Part shown: piece after piece, positions 19,918-28,130 of the stretch
Layout of the letters: each line of letters begins with the position of its first letter
Position numbering within the stretch: the stretch's first letter is position 1
IMG/VR virus record: IMGVR_UViG_3300021255_005861
Span: 1-64,000 of that record
Direction: 5' to 3' (one strand)
DNA: 64,000 nucleotides
Origin: a virus
Lineage: Duplodnaviria; Caudoviricetes
Made by a program: the position numbers and the translations under genes
The notes under the pieces: generated by a model
What the model saw: only the letters and a program-made list of their open reading frames with translations
What the model was told of the DNA's origin: nothing
Databases searched by the model: none

Positions 19918-20182
19918 CAATTAGCGGCGGGAAAGATGCCACCCTGAAGGGTGGCATATGAGAGCCGTCTAAAAAACATTAAAAGTACTTGCATTTTTGA
20001 AACCAATAAACTATATTAGTAATTGTCAGGCCGAAAGACATTAAATATGCGGGTACCTCCGGAACGGAGGAAACTTATGAGGGTGGACTGGCGGACCTAT
20101 ATATCCCGACCTAATTTGGAAAGGACAAGCCCGCTGGGTTGAAACCCGAAGCTGCCGCCCTTTAGGGCGGTCTGTAGTTCAC
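19918..20182 (+). mobile_element. non-autonomous IS200/IS605 mini-element (PATE-like) with promoter and probable omega-RNA
   Basis: left hairpin ATGCCACCCTGAAGGGTGGCAT; TTGCAT-N17-TATATT; right hairpin CCGCCCTTTAGGGCGG ending GTAGTTCAC, the same terminus as the tnpB element at 36604. Confidence 0.8.
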
Positions 20183-20455
20183 GAACATGCTCTTATCGGG
20201 TATGCTCCCCTCACAGCGGTGAATCGGGGTTGCGCCACCTAGCCTGCTCCGCCGCCCAATAAATCCGATTTGTTGTATGAGGCGTAACATTCATTTATGC
20301 GTGGATTGGACTCGCGGTGGATTCAGTTCATCCAAGCCCTGTTATTGCCGAGTATGGCGTAAAAACGTTAGGGGGATCGTATCAGTAGACGGGGTTGAGT
20401 TCTCCCGCTTTGCCCACATCCTATAAACAATCTATACACCTATAGGAATGCATTT

Positions 20456-21058
20456 ATGGCAAAGCACGTTAAGCCCTACATCTACTGGACCGCCGAGGAG
20501 GACACGATACTCCTACAAGGCGGCACACCCGAGAACCGCACCGAGAGCCAGTGCTACACCCGCGCGCGCAAGCTCGGCATACCCCGCTGCCGAAAGCCAA
20601 AGCCCCACTGGACTTCTGCCGAGACCGACCTGCTCCGCAAGGGCATACTCCCCGAGGGCAGATCCCCAACCGCCGCATACGGCTACTGCATCCTGCACGG
20701 CATACCGCCAGTCCCCACCTGGCGACCATACCTCAACCTCATCCCCGAGTGGTCCGAAACCGAACTCGAGGCCGTCCGCTCCGGGTGCGTCCCCCCAGGC
20801 CGTACCGCCCGACAGTGCACCTACGTGGCCACCAACGTCCTCCACGAGGACTTCGTGCCTGCAGACCTTCCCCCGCTATCCACCGAGGACGAGATAGCTA
20901 TACGGGCCATCCGCCTCGCCAACGACGGCTTCCCGATGTCAGCCCTCGCCAAGGCCTTCCACGTCACCCCGCGCGACCTCGCCAACATGGTTGCCAACCT
21001 GCGACGAGTCGTCCTCCGACGGGCCAAGGGCAAGACGAAAGCAAAATGTAACATTTAG
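20456..21058 (+). CDS. tandem Myb/SANT-like repeat protein with C-terminal HTH
   Basis: three W(T/S)xxExxxL..G..P.GR repeats. Confidence 0.75.
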   Translation: MAKHVKPYIYWTAEEDTILLQGGTPENRTESQCYTRARKLGIPRCRKPKPHWTSAETDLLRKGILPEGRSPTAAYGYCILHGIPPVPTWRPYLNLIPEWSETELEAVRSGCVPPGRTARQCTYVATNVLHEDFVPADLPPLSTEDEIAIRAIRLANDGFPMSALAKAFHVTPRDLANMVANLRRVVLRRAKGKTKAKCNI

Positions 21059-21081
21059 CCCCTTTGCTATATTTAGCGCAT

Positions 21082-21690
21082 ATGAAAGAACAATCCCCAG
21101 CAAAGAAGCGAATATCGCGCCATTGGACGCCCGAGGAGGACGACCTCCTGCGCCAGGGCATCATACCACCCGGCAGGACGTACAACCAGGCGTACACCCA
21201 CTGCGTCAACCGCGGCATCAACCCCGTCTTCAAGGGCAGGTCGCACCGCAAGCAGTGGACTACCTCCGAGGTAGCCATGCTCGAGAAGGGCGCCCTCCCG
21301 AAATCCCGCTCCGCCGTCGCCGCATACAACTACTGCCTGCTCCACGGCATCCGTCCCAACCCCGCCTGGTCCCCATACGGCGGATCCGGCCACCGGTGGA
21401 CGCAGAAGGAACTGGCCCTCGTCGAGAAGGACATAGTACCCCCCAGGCGCACCGTGGACCAGTGCCGCGACGTGGCCAAGACCTACTTCCATAAAGAGTT
21501 CAAGCCCATCCCCCCTCTCCACGAACCCACCGAGAAGGAGGTGAACACCATAAAGGCGATGCGCATGTTTGGCTACGGCTTCTCGTTCGCGGATACGGCC
21601 AAGGCGCTGAAACTTACCCGCGGGCAGGTCTACAGCCTTATAGAGCAGATGCGCAAACTGCTCTTCCGCGTCCCCGAGGAGGGAAAATGA
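21082..21690 (+). CDS. tandem Myb/SANT-like repeat protein with C-terminal HTH (paralog)
   Basis: WTPEEDDLL, WTTSEVAML, WTQKELALV; GFSFADTAKALKLTRGQV. Confidence 0.75.
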   Translation: MKEQSPAKKRISRHWTPEEDDLLRQGIIPPGRTYNQAYTHCVNRGINPVFKGRSHRKQWTTSEVAMLEKGALPKSRSAVAAYNYCLLHGIRPNPAWSPYGGSGHRWTQKELALVEKDIVPPRRTVDQCRDVAKTYFHKEFKPIPPLHEPTEKEVNTIKAMRMFGYGFSFADTAKALKLTRGQVYSLIEQMRKLLFRVPEEGK

Positions 21691-21968
21691 GCAATATCAC
21701 CGAGGACGTCCAGTCCGCCGCCGACCCGGAGCACTACAAGGGGCTGAAGAGCCTCGGCGTCGAGTCCATCGCCATCATAGAGGCCTTCATGGAGATGACC
21801 AGCCAACTCACGCCTGCACAGAAGTACCTATGCGCAACCGCCCTCAAGTACATCCTGCGCGTAGGCCGGAAGGACAGCGTGGAGATAGACCTGCAGAAGG
21901 CCGAGAACTACATCCACCGCGCCCGCACCGGAAAGTGGATCCCGAGAGAGCGGCTAGGAAGCGACTGA
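21687..21968 (+). CDS. DUF3310 / T7 gp1.7-like protein
   Basis: PEHYK...ALKYILRVGRKD...DLQKAENYI. Confidence 0.8.
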   Translation: MSNITEDVQSAADPEHYKGLKSLGVESIAIIEAFMEMTSQLTPAQKYLCATALKYILRVGRKDSVEIDLQKAENYIHRARTGKWIPRERLGSD

Positions 21969-22170
21969 TGGAGCTTATGCACGAGGTAACCTGCACCTGC
22001 CACGGGGACTGGACTGACTACGAGGAACTCGCCCGTGACCTCTATCGCCGGCAACATCCCGGCGACGACCGCGAGATACGCATGCTCAAGGTAGAGCACG
22101 GCGTCATCTACGCCAAGGTACTGCCCACCCTGCACAGCGTGAGGTTAAACATAACCGTAGGAGAACCCCG

Positions 22171-22413
22171 ATGACCATCGACTTCAACCCCATGTCCGAC
22201 GCTCGCTACTGGGAAAGCCAGGAACCCCTGCTCCTGCTCGTGGGCAACAATGTCCACGAGGCCACCTACGAGTGGGGACGGCACCAGTTCTACTTGTATC
22301 ATAATAGCCACCTGAACGACAGGGGCGAGTACGAGGAACTACCACACTACCTCGACGAGGACGACGACCGCATCAAGGGATGGGCCTTCGCCCGACTACG
22401 GGAGGACGCATGA
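22171..22413 (+). CDS. hypothetical protein
   Basis: AGGAG RBS, ATGA overlap. Confidence 0.6.
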   Translation: MTIDFNPMSDARYWESQEPLLLLVGNNVHEATYEWGRHQFYLYHNSHLNDRGEYEELPHYLDEDDDRIKGWAFARLREDA

Positions 22414-22710
22414 TACGCCTGCTCGCCCCACTAGCCTTCATCGCCATCCTGCTCCTCGGCAGGCGCCTCTTCAGCACCGACGACTGGGGCAAGCCCCGGA
22501 AACGTTAGCCCTGTCTAAACTGTAAATAAAACTTTACATCTACCCCTCCCCCAAAGAACCTATATTTGTTCCCAGATCTAGCGACTGAAGGTCGTAGCCT
22601 GCACTTATTTCCGCAACAGCACGGTGTCCTAGGCTCCTGGATGTCGGTGCGCCTGCGGAGCGGGAACAAAACATTCCCTGTTCCACGGCACACCTTAAAA
22701 CAAAATCTCG

Positions 22711-22746
22711 CCCCCCGGAAAATCAACTTCCGGGGGGTCGTTTTTT
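22711..22746 (+). terminator. intrinsic terminator-like hairpin
   Basis: CCCCCCGGAA-AATCAAC-TTCCGGGGGG then a T tract. Confidence 0.65.
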
Positions 22747-22795
22747 ATATTTTCCGCAAAAACGCCCCTCCCGGAAATCCCGTGAAACACACCCC

Positions 22796-22811
22796 CGTTC
22801 CACGTGGAACA
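22796..22811. promoter_or_regulatory. parS-like palindrome cGTTCCACGTGGAACa
   Basis: perfect 14-bp palindrome matching the bacterial parS consensus, flanked by CGTGAAACA half-sites. Confidence 0.6.
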
Positions 22812-22982
22812 TCCGTGAAACATCCCCCGCGGAACTTGTCCGTAACCGAACCCCGCATACAGCTACCGCTCTCCTTTCTTACATTCCGCTTACAAAATTC
22901 TCTCTTTTTTCTTACTACTTACCCCATTTTATATTATATTTTCCGTTAGTAGTACTACACATTTAACCAATGGAGATTTCCA

Positions 22983-24089
22983 ATGACCGCTTACGAAAAG
23001 TTTGCGAACGACCTGTCCAGGGGGCTCAACGAGGCCTTCGGCATGTCCACCACCACCCTTACTCCCGCCCAGTACGCAGAAGGCCACATCATGCTGACCG
23101 AGACCGTGTACGGCGGCCCCGCCAAGGCTACCGCCATGGCCAACGCCATCAAGCGCTGCTCCGAGGCCGTCACCTCCGTGCGCTCCGTCCCCTTCGTCAT
23201 GGGCGACCCCGCAATGTACTCCTTCGACATCGAGTTCGACCGTTCCATCGCGGAATCCGTCTATAGCGACGGCAAGAACACCATCGCCTCCCTCGAGAAG
23301 GACGGCAAGAAGTACATCGTCACCGACAACGGATCCGCTACAGAGGTCGAGGACCCCGACAAGTACGTCGACAACCTCAACAAGACCACCGGGTCGCGCT
23401 TCAAGAAGACCGAGGACTTCAACATCTCCCTCCAGGAACTCATCGACCTCGCCAACACCGCACTCGACGGCACCGGCGTCAACATCTCCTTCGACGGCTC
23501 CGAGATCAAGGTGTCCGGCGAGGAAGGCCTCGTCAAGGCCACCCAGCAGTTCCTGCCCGCCCCCGTGGACGGCTTCGACGGACTGGAAGGCGGATACGAC
23601 GACGAGTCCAAGACCGTCGTTATTGTCCTCGACGAGTTCCCGGACATGCGCGACCGCGACGCCGTAGAGGAATACCTCGACGGAGCGGTCAACTACATCC
23701 TCGACAACTACTGCGCCGACCCCGACAAGGACTGGGCGGACGACCTCGAGGCCGCCGTAGCCGACGACGCCCTCGCCGAGAAGTACGCCTACACGGGCGA
23801 GGATTTTGCCTCCGACCGAAAGACCCAGTGCGCCCTCGTCAAGTCCGTCGCCAAGACCGACTACTCTGAGGCATACTCCCTCGCCGTCAAGTTCATGGGC
23901 AAGAAACTCGCCGAGTCCCTCATGCCCAAGTACAAGCCGCAGGTCTCCGAGGCTCTTGAAACCAAGAAGGCCGCACCCCGCATCTCCGAGGAAATGGGTA
24001 TCCTCGACCGTATCCACGAAGGCATGGAAGCCAGCGTCCCGGAGCAGATCTGCGACCTCGACTCCATCCTCAACCGCAACCGCATGTAA
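22983..24089 (+). CDS. probable virion structural protein
   Basis: first gene of the tail operon; acidic, strong codon bias. Confidence 0.6.
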   Translation: MTAYEKFANDLSRGLNEAFGMSTTTLTPAQYAEGHIMLTETVYGGPAKATAMANAIKRCSEAVTSVRSVPFVMGDPAMYSFDIEFDRSIAESVYSDGKNTIASLEKDGKKYIVTDNGSATEVEDPDKYVDNLNKTTGSRFKKTEDFNISLQELIDLANTALDGTGVNISFDGSEIKVSGEEGLVKATQQFLPAPVDGFDGLEGGYDDESKTVVIVLDEFPDMRDRDAVEEYLDGAVNYILDNYCADPDKDWADDLEAAVADDALAEKYAYTGEDFASDRKTQCALVKSVAKTDYSEAYSLAVKFMGKKLAESLMPKYKPQVSEALETKKAAPRISEEMGILDRIHEGMEASVPEQICDLDSILNRNRM

Positions 24090-24098
24090 GGAGAACCT

Positions 24099-26324
24099 AT
24101 GCCTATTAACGACTCTGCAGGCGTCGGCGTCTATCTCATAGACAAGAGCCAGCGCGCTACAACCACCGTGGGATTCCGCTCCGCCGCCGCGATCGAGGCC
24201 GACCGCGGCCTCTGCGAAACCCCCGTCCTCATCTCCTCCGCCAAGGACTACGTCAGCGTATTCGGCACCCCCAAGATGGAAAAGCACGGCAGGGGCTCCA
24301 TGGAAGCCTTCATGCTCGCCCAGAGCAACGTGCCCCAGGTGCTTACCCGCGCCAAGAACCCCACCATGGACCCCTCGGAAACCCCGTTCGGCCTTATGGC
24401 CTTCGGACTTACCGGCACCACTTTGAACATGGACCGCATCCCGGCATCGGCCATCGCAGCCCCCGGCGAGGACGACAAGTGCAACATCTTCGCAAAGGGC
24501 GAGGGCGACTACTTCAACGGCACGAAGAAGAACGTCGTGCTCCGCTTCTCCAAGCCCGCCTCCTACTCTGCATACTGCGAGCCGAAGCGCGTCCTCCAGC
24601 TCGACGTGTTCGACTTCGACGGTGCTAGCCACATAGACGAGGACACCGAGGCCGAGTTCCTCCCGGTCAAGGACATCTCCGGTATGGTCAACGACAGCGG
24701 TGACTTCCACGCCACCCTCAACGGCGAGGACTACGTGTTCGGCGCTACCGGCTCCACTATAGCCGGCCAAGGCGACAAGGTATACCTTACCGTGTTCGTC
24801 AACGGCAGGACTAAGCAGGTGGAAATCCCGCTGGAAGACCTCCACGCCGACGATATGGGATTCGGCCTGTGGGACCAAATCTCCAAGGCCGTCTGTGAAG
24901 TCACGAAGGCGGACGGGTCCGCTGTCATCCCCGAGAACTCCAACGAGCCCTTTACCTATGACGGCGATAAGTACACGCTGGATACACGCGGTAAGGCCGG
25001 CACCAGTGACGCGGGGAAGCCCCAGCGCGTCAACTGCTTCAACCTATCCGTGTCCTTCTCCGTGGAAGCCACCCTCGCGTTCGACGCCGAAGGCGTCAAG
25101 TCCGGGTTCTTCAGCTTCCCCGGCGGCTCCGTAACCATCAACGGCAGCACCACGACGGCCAAGTTCGTTATCAACTCCTCCATGTTCCTCGCCAACAAGG
25201 GCGAGTACATGTTCATGGGAGAGCAGAACTCCTACTGGGCGCAGTACTACAACGCCTTCAGGAAGGAATCCTTCGTGTTCTCGTTCTCCTACGACGACTA
25301 CGACGCGAACTACTCCTCCATCCAGGCAGACGCAGTCCTCGCATCCTCCAACTACCTCGTCTCCAAGTCCGCCGAGAACTTCGGCGACTACGCGGTAGAG
25401 GCCGACGACGACCTCGTCAAGACCCTCAAGTACTTCGCCGACGATATCTCCTCCAATGAGATTACCGGTGCAGGCGCCAAGTCCAACGCATACGCCACCG
25501 CCCTCAAGGGACTCCTCACGGACAACCTGACCCGCTGGCGCTGCCTCACCGCACCGAACCTCGGCGACGTGATGAATTCCTCGGATTACACCGACGCCAT
25601 CCAGAACGCCAATGAGGTCACTCTCGGCCTCTCCAACCTCGGGCAGCCCGCCTCCGTGGACTACAACCAGGGACTCTCCGGTCGCCACGGCAACCGCTTC
25701 ATCTCCGACTTCAGCCAGTACGTCTACCGTACGCTGAACGGACGCCGCACCGCCGTCACCGCCGCCTCCCTCGTTACCGTCCTGCTCAACCAGCATTACA
25801 ACGACGGCATCGAGGCGCGTCCCCCCTTCGGGTACACCTACGGCCAGATTTCCGGCCTCGGCCTCTCCCAGGTGCTCACGGGTCCCCAGCGCGAGGAACT
25901 CGCCCGCGTCTACAAGGTCAACCCCATCATCGAGGACGGCGGACTCTTCCTCTGGGACGAGCGCACCAGCCAGCTCACCGAGACCTCTCTCTCGGACACC
26001 CACTCCATCATCTCCTTCCTGTGGATGAAGTTCGCCATCTACGACGCCATGAAGTCCTTCGTGGCCGAGTACAACGACGCGTCCACCGTCAACCGCGGAC
26101 TCTCCGTCCTCAAGACCCTCCACGCCAACTTCGTCTCCCGTAACTACATCGAGGCCGACCCCGCCGACCTCGCCGTTACCGCCGAGAACAACGTGCTGGG
26201 CTCCGAGGTGCTCCGCTTCGACTTCCGTGTCCGCTTCAAGGGCGTCGCACGATACGTCGACATCTTCGTCACCGCTTACAGCCAGACGCAGACCCTCGAG
26301 GTCTCGCTCGGCGAGGAGGCCTAA
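24099..26324 (+). CDS. contractile tail sheath protein (gp18-like)
   Basis: N-terminal GVGVYLIDKS...PVLISSAKDYVSVFG; C-terminal RPPFG...KVNPII...LWDERT...FVAEYND. Confidence 0.85.
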   Translation: MPINDSAGVGVYLIDKSQRATTTVGFRSAAAIEADRGLCETPVLISSAKDYVSVFGTPKMEKHGRGSMEAFMLAQSNVPQVLTRAKNPTMDPSETPFGLMAFGLTGTTLNMDRIPASAIAAPGEDDKCNIFAKGEGDYFNGTKKNVVLRFSKPASYSAYCEPKRVLQLDVFDFDGASHIDEDTEAEFLPVKDISGMVNDSGDFHATLNGEDYVFGATGSTIAGQGDKVYLTVFVNGRTKQVEIPLEDLHADDMGFGLWDQISKAVCEVTKADGSAVIPENSNEPFTYDGDKYTLDTRGKAGTSDAGKPQRVNCFNLSVSFSVEATLAFDAEGVKSGFFSFPGGSVTINGSTTTAKFVINSSMFLANKGEYMFMGEQNSYWAQYYNAFRKESFVFSFSYDDYDANYSSIQADAVLASSNYLVSKSAENFGDYAVEADDDLVKTLKYFADDISSNEITGAGAKSNAYATALKGLLTDNLTRWRCLTAPNLGDVMNSSDYTDAIQNANEVTLGLSNLGQPASVDYNQGLSGRHGNRFISDFSQYVYRTLNGRRTAVTAASLVTVLLNQHYNDGIEARPPFGYTYGQISGLGLSQVLTGPQREELARVYKVNPIIEDGGLFLWDERTSQLTETSLSDTHSIISFLWMKFAIYDAMKSFVAEYNDASTVNRGLSVLKTLHANFVSRNYIEADPADLAVTAENNVLGSEVLRFDFRVRFKGVARYVDIFVTAYSQTQTLEVSLGEEA

Positions 26325-26327
26325 TCT

Positions 26328-26894
26328 ATGCCACAGAATATCAAGTTCGACGACTTGCTCGGAAAGGACTTCAAGGAAGCCAACTACATGGTCAGCACCA
26401 ACTGGCGCATCGACTTCACAAAGTCCCCCGAACTCCGTGCCCTTATCGGCGGAAATGACAACGTCCTCAAGCAGATGTCCTACGCTTGCCACTCCAACTT
26501 CCAGTTCGAGGCGTCCATCGAGTACGCCGAGGCGGAAGTCAAGGGCATGCACATCTCCCAGGCCGCCTGGCAGGACCGCTTCATCGACAGCCTCGCCGTG
26601 GAAATCTACGAGGCCATGGACCACCGCGTCTTCAAGGCGCTCAAGTCCGTCGCCGAGAAGACCGCCGGGTACTTCGAGAACAGGAACGTCAACGCGAAGA
26701 AGAACTACACCTTCTCCGGCATCGTCCTCGAGGCCCTCGGCAACTCCGACGGCGGCAACGGCGAAGTGCCCGTAGTCCACTCCTACGAGCTCCTCGGCGT
26801 GCAGGTCGTGTCCGTCGAGTCCCCCGAGTACACCTCTACCGACGCCGACATCGGCTCCTGCACCCTCACGATCAAGGCCCACGGCTGGAAGTAA
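26328..26894 (+). CDS. tail tube protein (gp19-like)
   Basis: 188-aa beta-rich ORF directly after the sheath; terminal CTLTIKAHGW. Confidence 0.7.
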   Translation: MPQNIKFDDLLGKDFKEANYMVSTNWRIDFTKSPELRALIGGNDNVLKQMSYACHSNFQFEASIEYAEAEVKGMHISQAAWQDRFIDSLAVEIYEAMDHRVFKALKSVAEKTAGYFENRNVNAKKNYTFSGIVLEALGNSDGGNGEVPVVHSYELLGVQVVSVESPEYTSTDADIGSCTLTIKAHGWK

Positions 26895-26897
26895 CCC

Positions 26898-27302
26898 ATG
26901 CCCCTGTCCGTCCAGTCCGCCATAGACACAACCTTCCTGGACAACGCCCACTACGACGTGTCCCTGAAGTTCCCCTCGGGCTTCTCCGAGCTCGACGGGA
27001 TGCCCGTGGCGGAGGCGGACGGCCTCGTGCCCTTCGTCGTCGTGAACGGCGAACTCAAGACGCAGTCCTTCTCCTTCTCGTGCTACGTCACGGAACGGCA
27101 GGAGGCCTTGCTCCGGGCGCTCTACACCCGTACCGTCCACACCGCCTATATCGACCAGCGCTATCCTATATCCGTATCATGGGGTCACGGCAGCGCCACG
27201 GTCACCAAGTCCTGCTACATCGCGGAGTACGAACCCCCCACTAAGGTGGACTACTCCAAGGCGGACATACTGGGAGTGTCCTTATCGCTCCGGCCCATCT
27301 AA
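26898..27302 (+). CDS. probable tail-associated protein
   Basis: position in the operon. Confidence 0.55.
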   Translation: MPLSVQSAIDTTFLDNAHYDVSLKFPSGFSELDGMPVAEADGLVPFVVVNGELKTQSFSFSCYVTERQEALLRALYTRTVHTAYIDQRYPISVSWGHGSATVTKSCYIAEYEPPTKVDYSKADILGVSLSLRPI

Positions 27303-27324
27303 ACCCCTACTACAGGAGCGTACA

Positions 27325-28029
27325 ATGATCATACCCGTTAACAACCTCCCCTCCAGATTCAAGCCCTACCCCTTCAAGTCCTTCAAGCTCAAGGCCATCT
27401 CCGTCAAGCAGGCGCTCGAACTCGGACCCAGCCCCTCCCTCGAGGACATCACGAAACTCATCCAAGAACTCGCGGGCGACGAGATAGACGCCTCCCTCCT
27501 CGTACCCATCGACCTCAAGTTCCTCGTCGCCACACTCGCCTTCCAGGCTTACCCCAACCAGTCCTGGACGCTCAACCTCGCTTGCCCCCACTGCGGGAAA
27601 CCTTTCAAGAAGGCCGTCACCATAAAGGACTTCCCCCCGGTGCCCTCCCTCGAGGAATCCGACCCCTACCCCCTCACCATCGACGACGGAAAGCACGTCT
27701 ACGAACTCGGGTACGCCTCCGTGCAAAGCCTCAAGGACATATCCGACGAATCCGACTACATGCAGATACTGGCCGCCCACGTCAAGGCCGTGGATGGCAA
27801 GTCCGACAACGTACGCGATGCCCTCCTCGACATAGAGGACTTCGGGATACTCTCCCTCATGGTGCAGGCCATCAAGAAGTACTTTTCCACCGAGACTTAC
27901 GCCACCTACACCTGTCCCGAGTGCAAGAAGGACTTCCGCGTACCCCTGAGTGCCGTGGAGGTCACTCAGTTTACCCCGTTTCTTGACCAGGAAGCGCCTG
28001 GCAAGTATAAGGTTAATTTTAGGCTTTGA
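27325..28029 (+). CDS. baseplate hub/tail assembly chaperone (T4 gp26-like)
   Basis: LPSR..PY, CPHCG and CPECK motifs, upstream of the tape measure. Confidence 0.7.
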   Translation: MIIPVNNLPSRFKPYPFKSFKLKAISVKQALELGPSPSLEDITKLIQELAGDEIDASLLVPIDLKFLVATLAFQAYPNQSWTLNLACPHCGKPFKKAVTIKDFPPVPSLEESDPYPLTIDDGKHVYELGYASVQSLKDISDESDYMQILAAHVKAVDGKSDNVRDALLDIEDFGILSLMVQAIKKYFSTETYATYTCPECKKDFRVPLSAVEVTQFTPFLDQEAPGKYKVNFRL

Positions 28030-28121
28030 CTTCGACACGAACCAGCCCCTCGCCGAGGTGGAGGACTACCTCCGAGAACGCGAAAGGGCACTGGAGAAGG
28101 AAAAGCGCAGGAAGAAATAGG
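27983..28121 (+). CDS. short overlapping ORF (gp51-like or frameshift extension of the chaperone)
   Basis: +1 frame LTRKRLASIRLILGFDFDTNQPLAEVEDYLRERERALEKEKRRKK*, fills the gap before the tape measure. Confidence 0.55.
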
Positions 28122-28130
28122 AGATAGATC

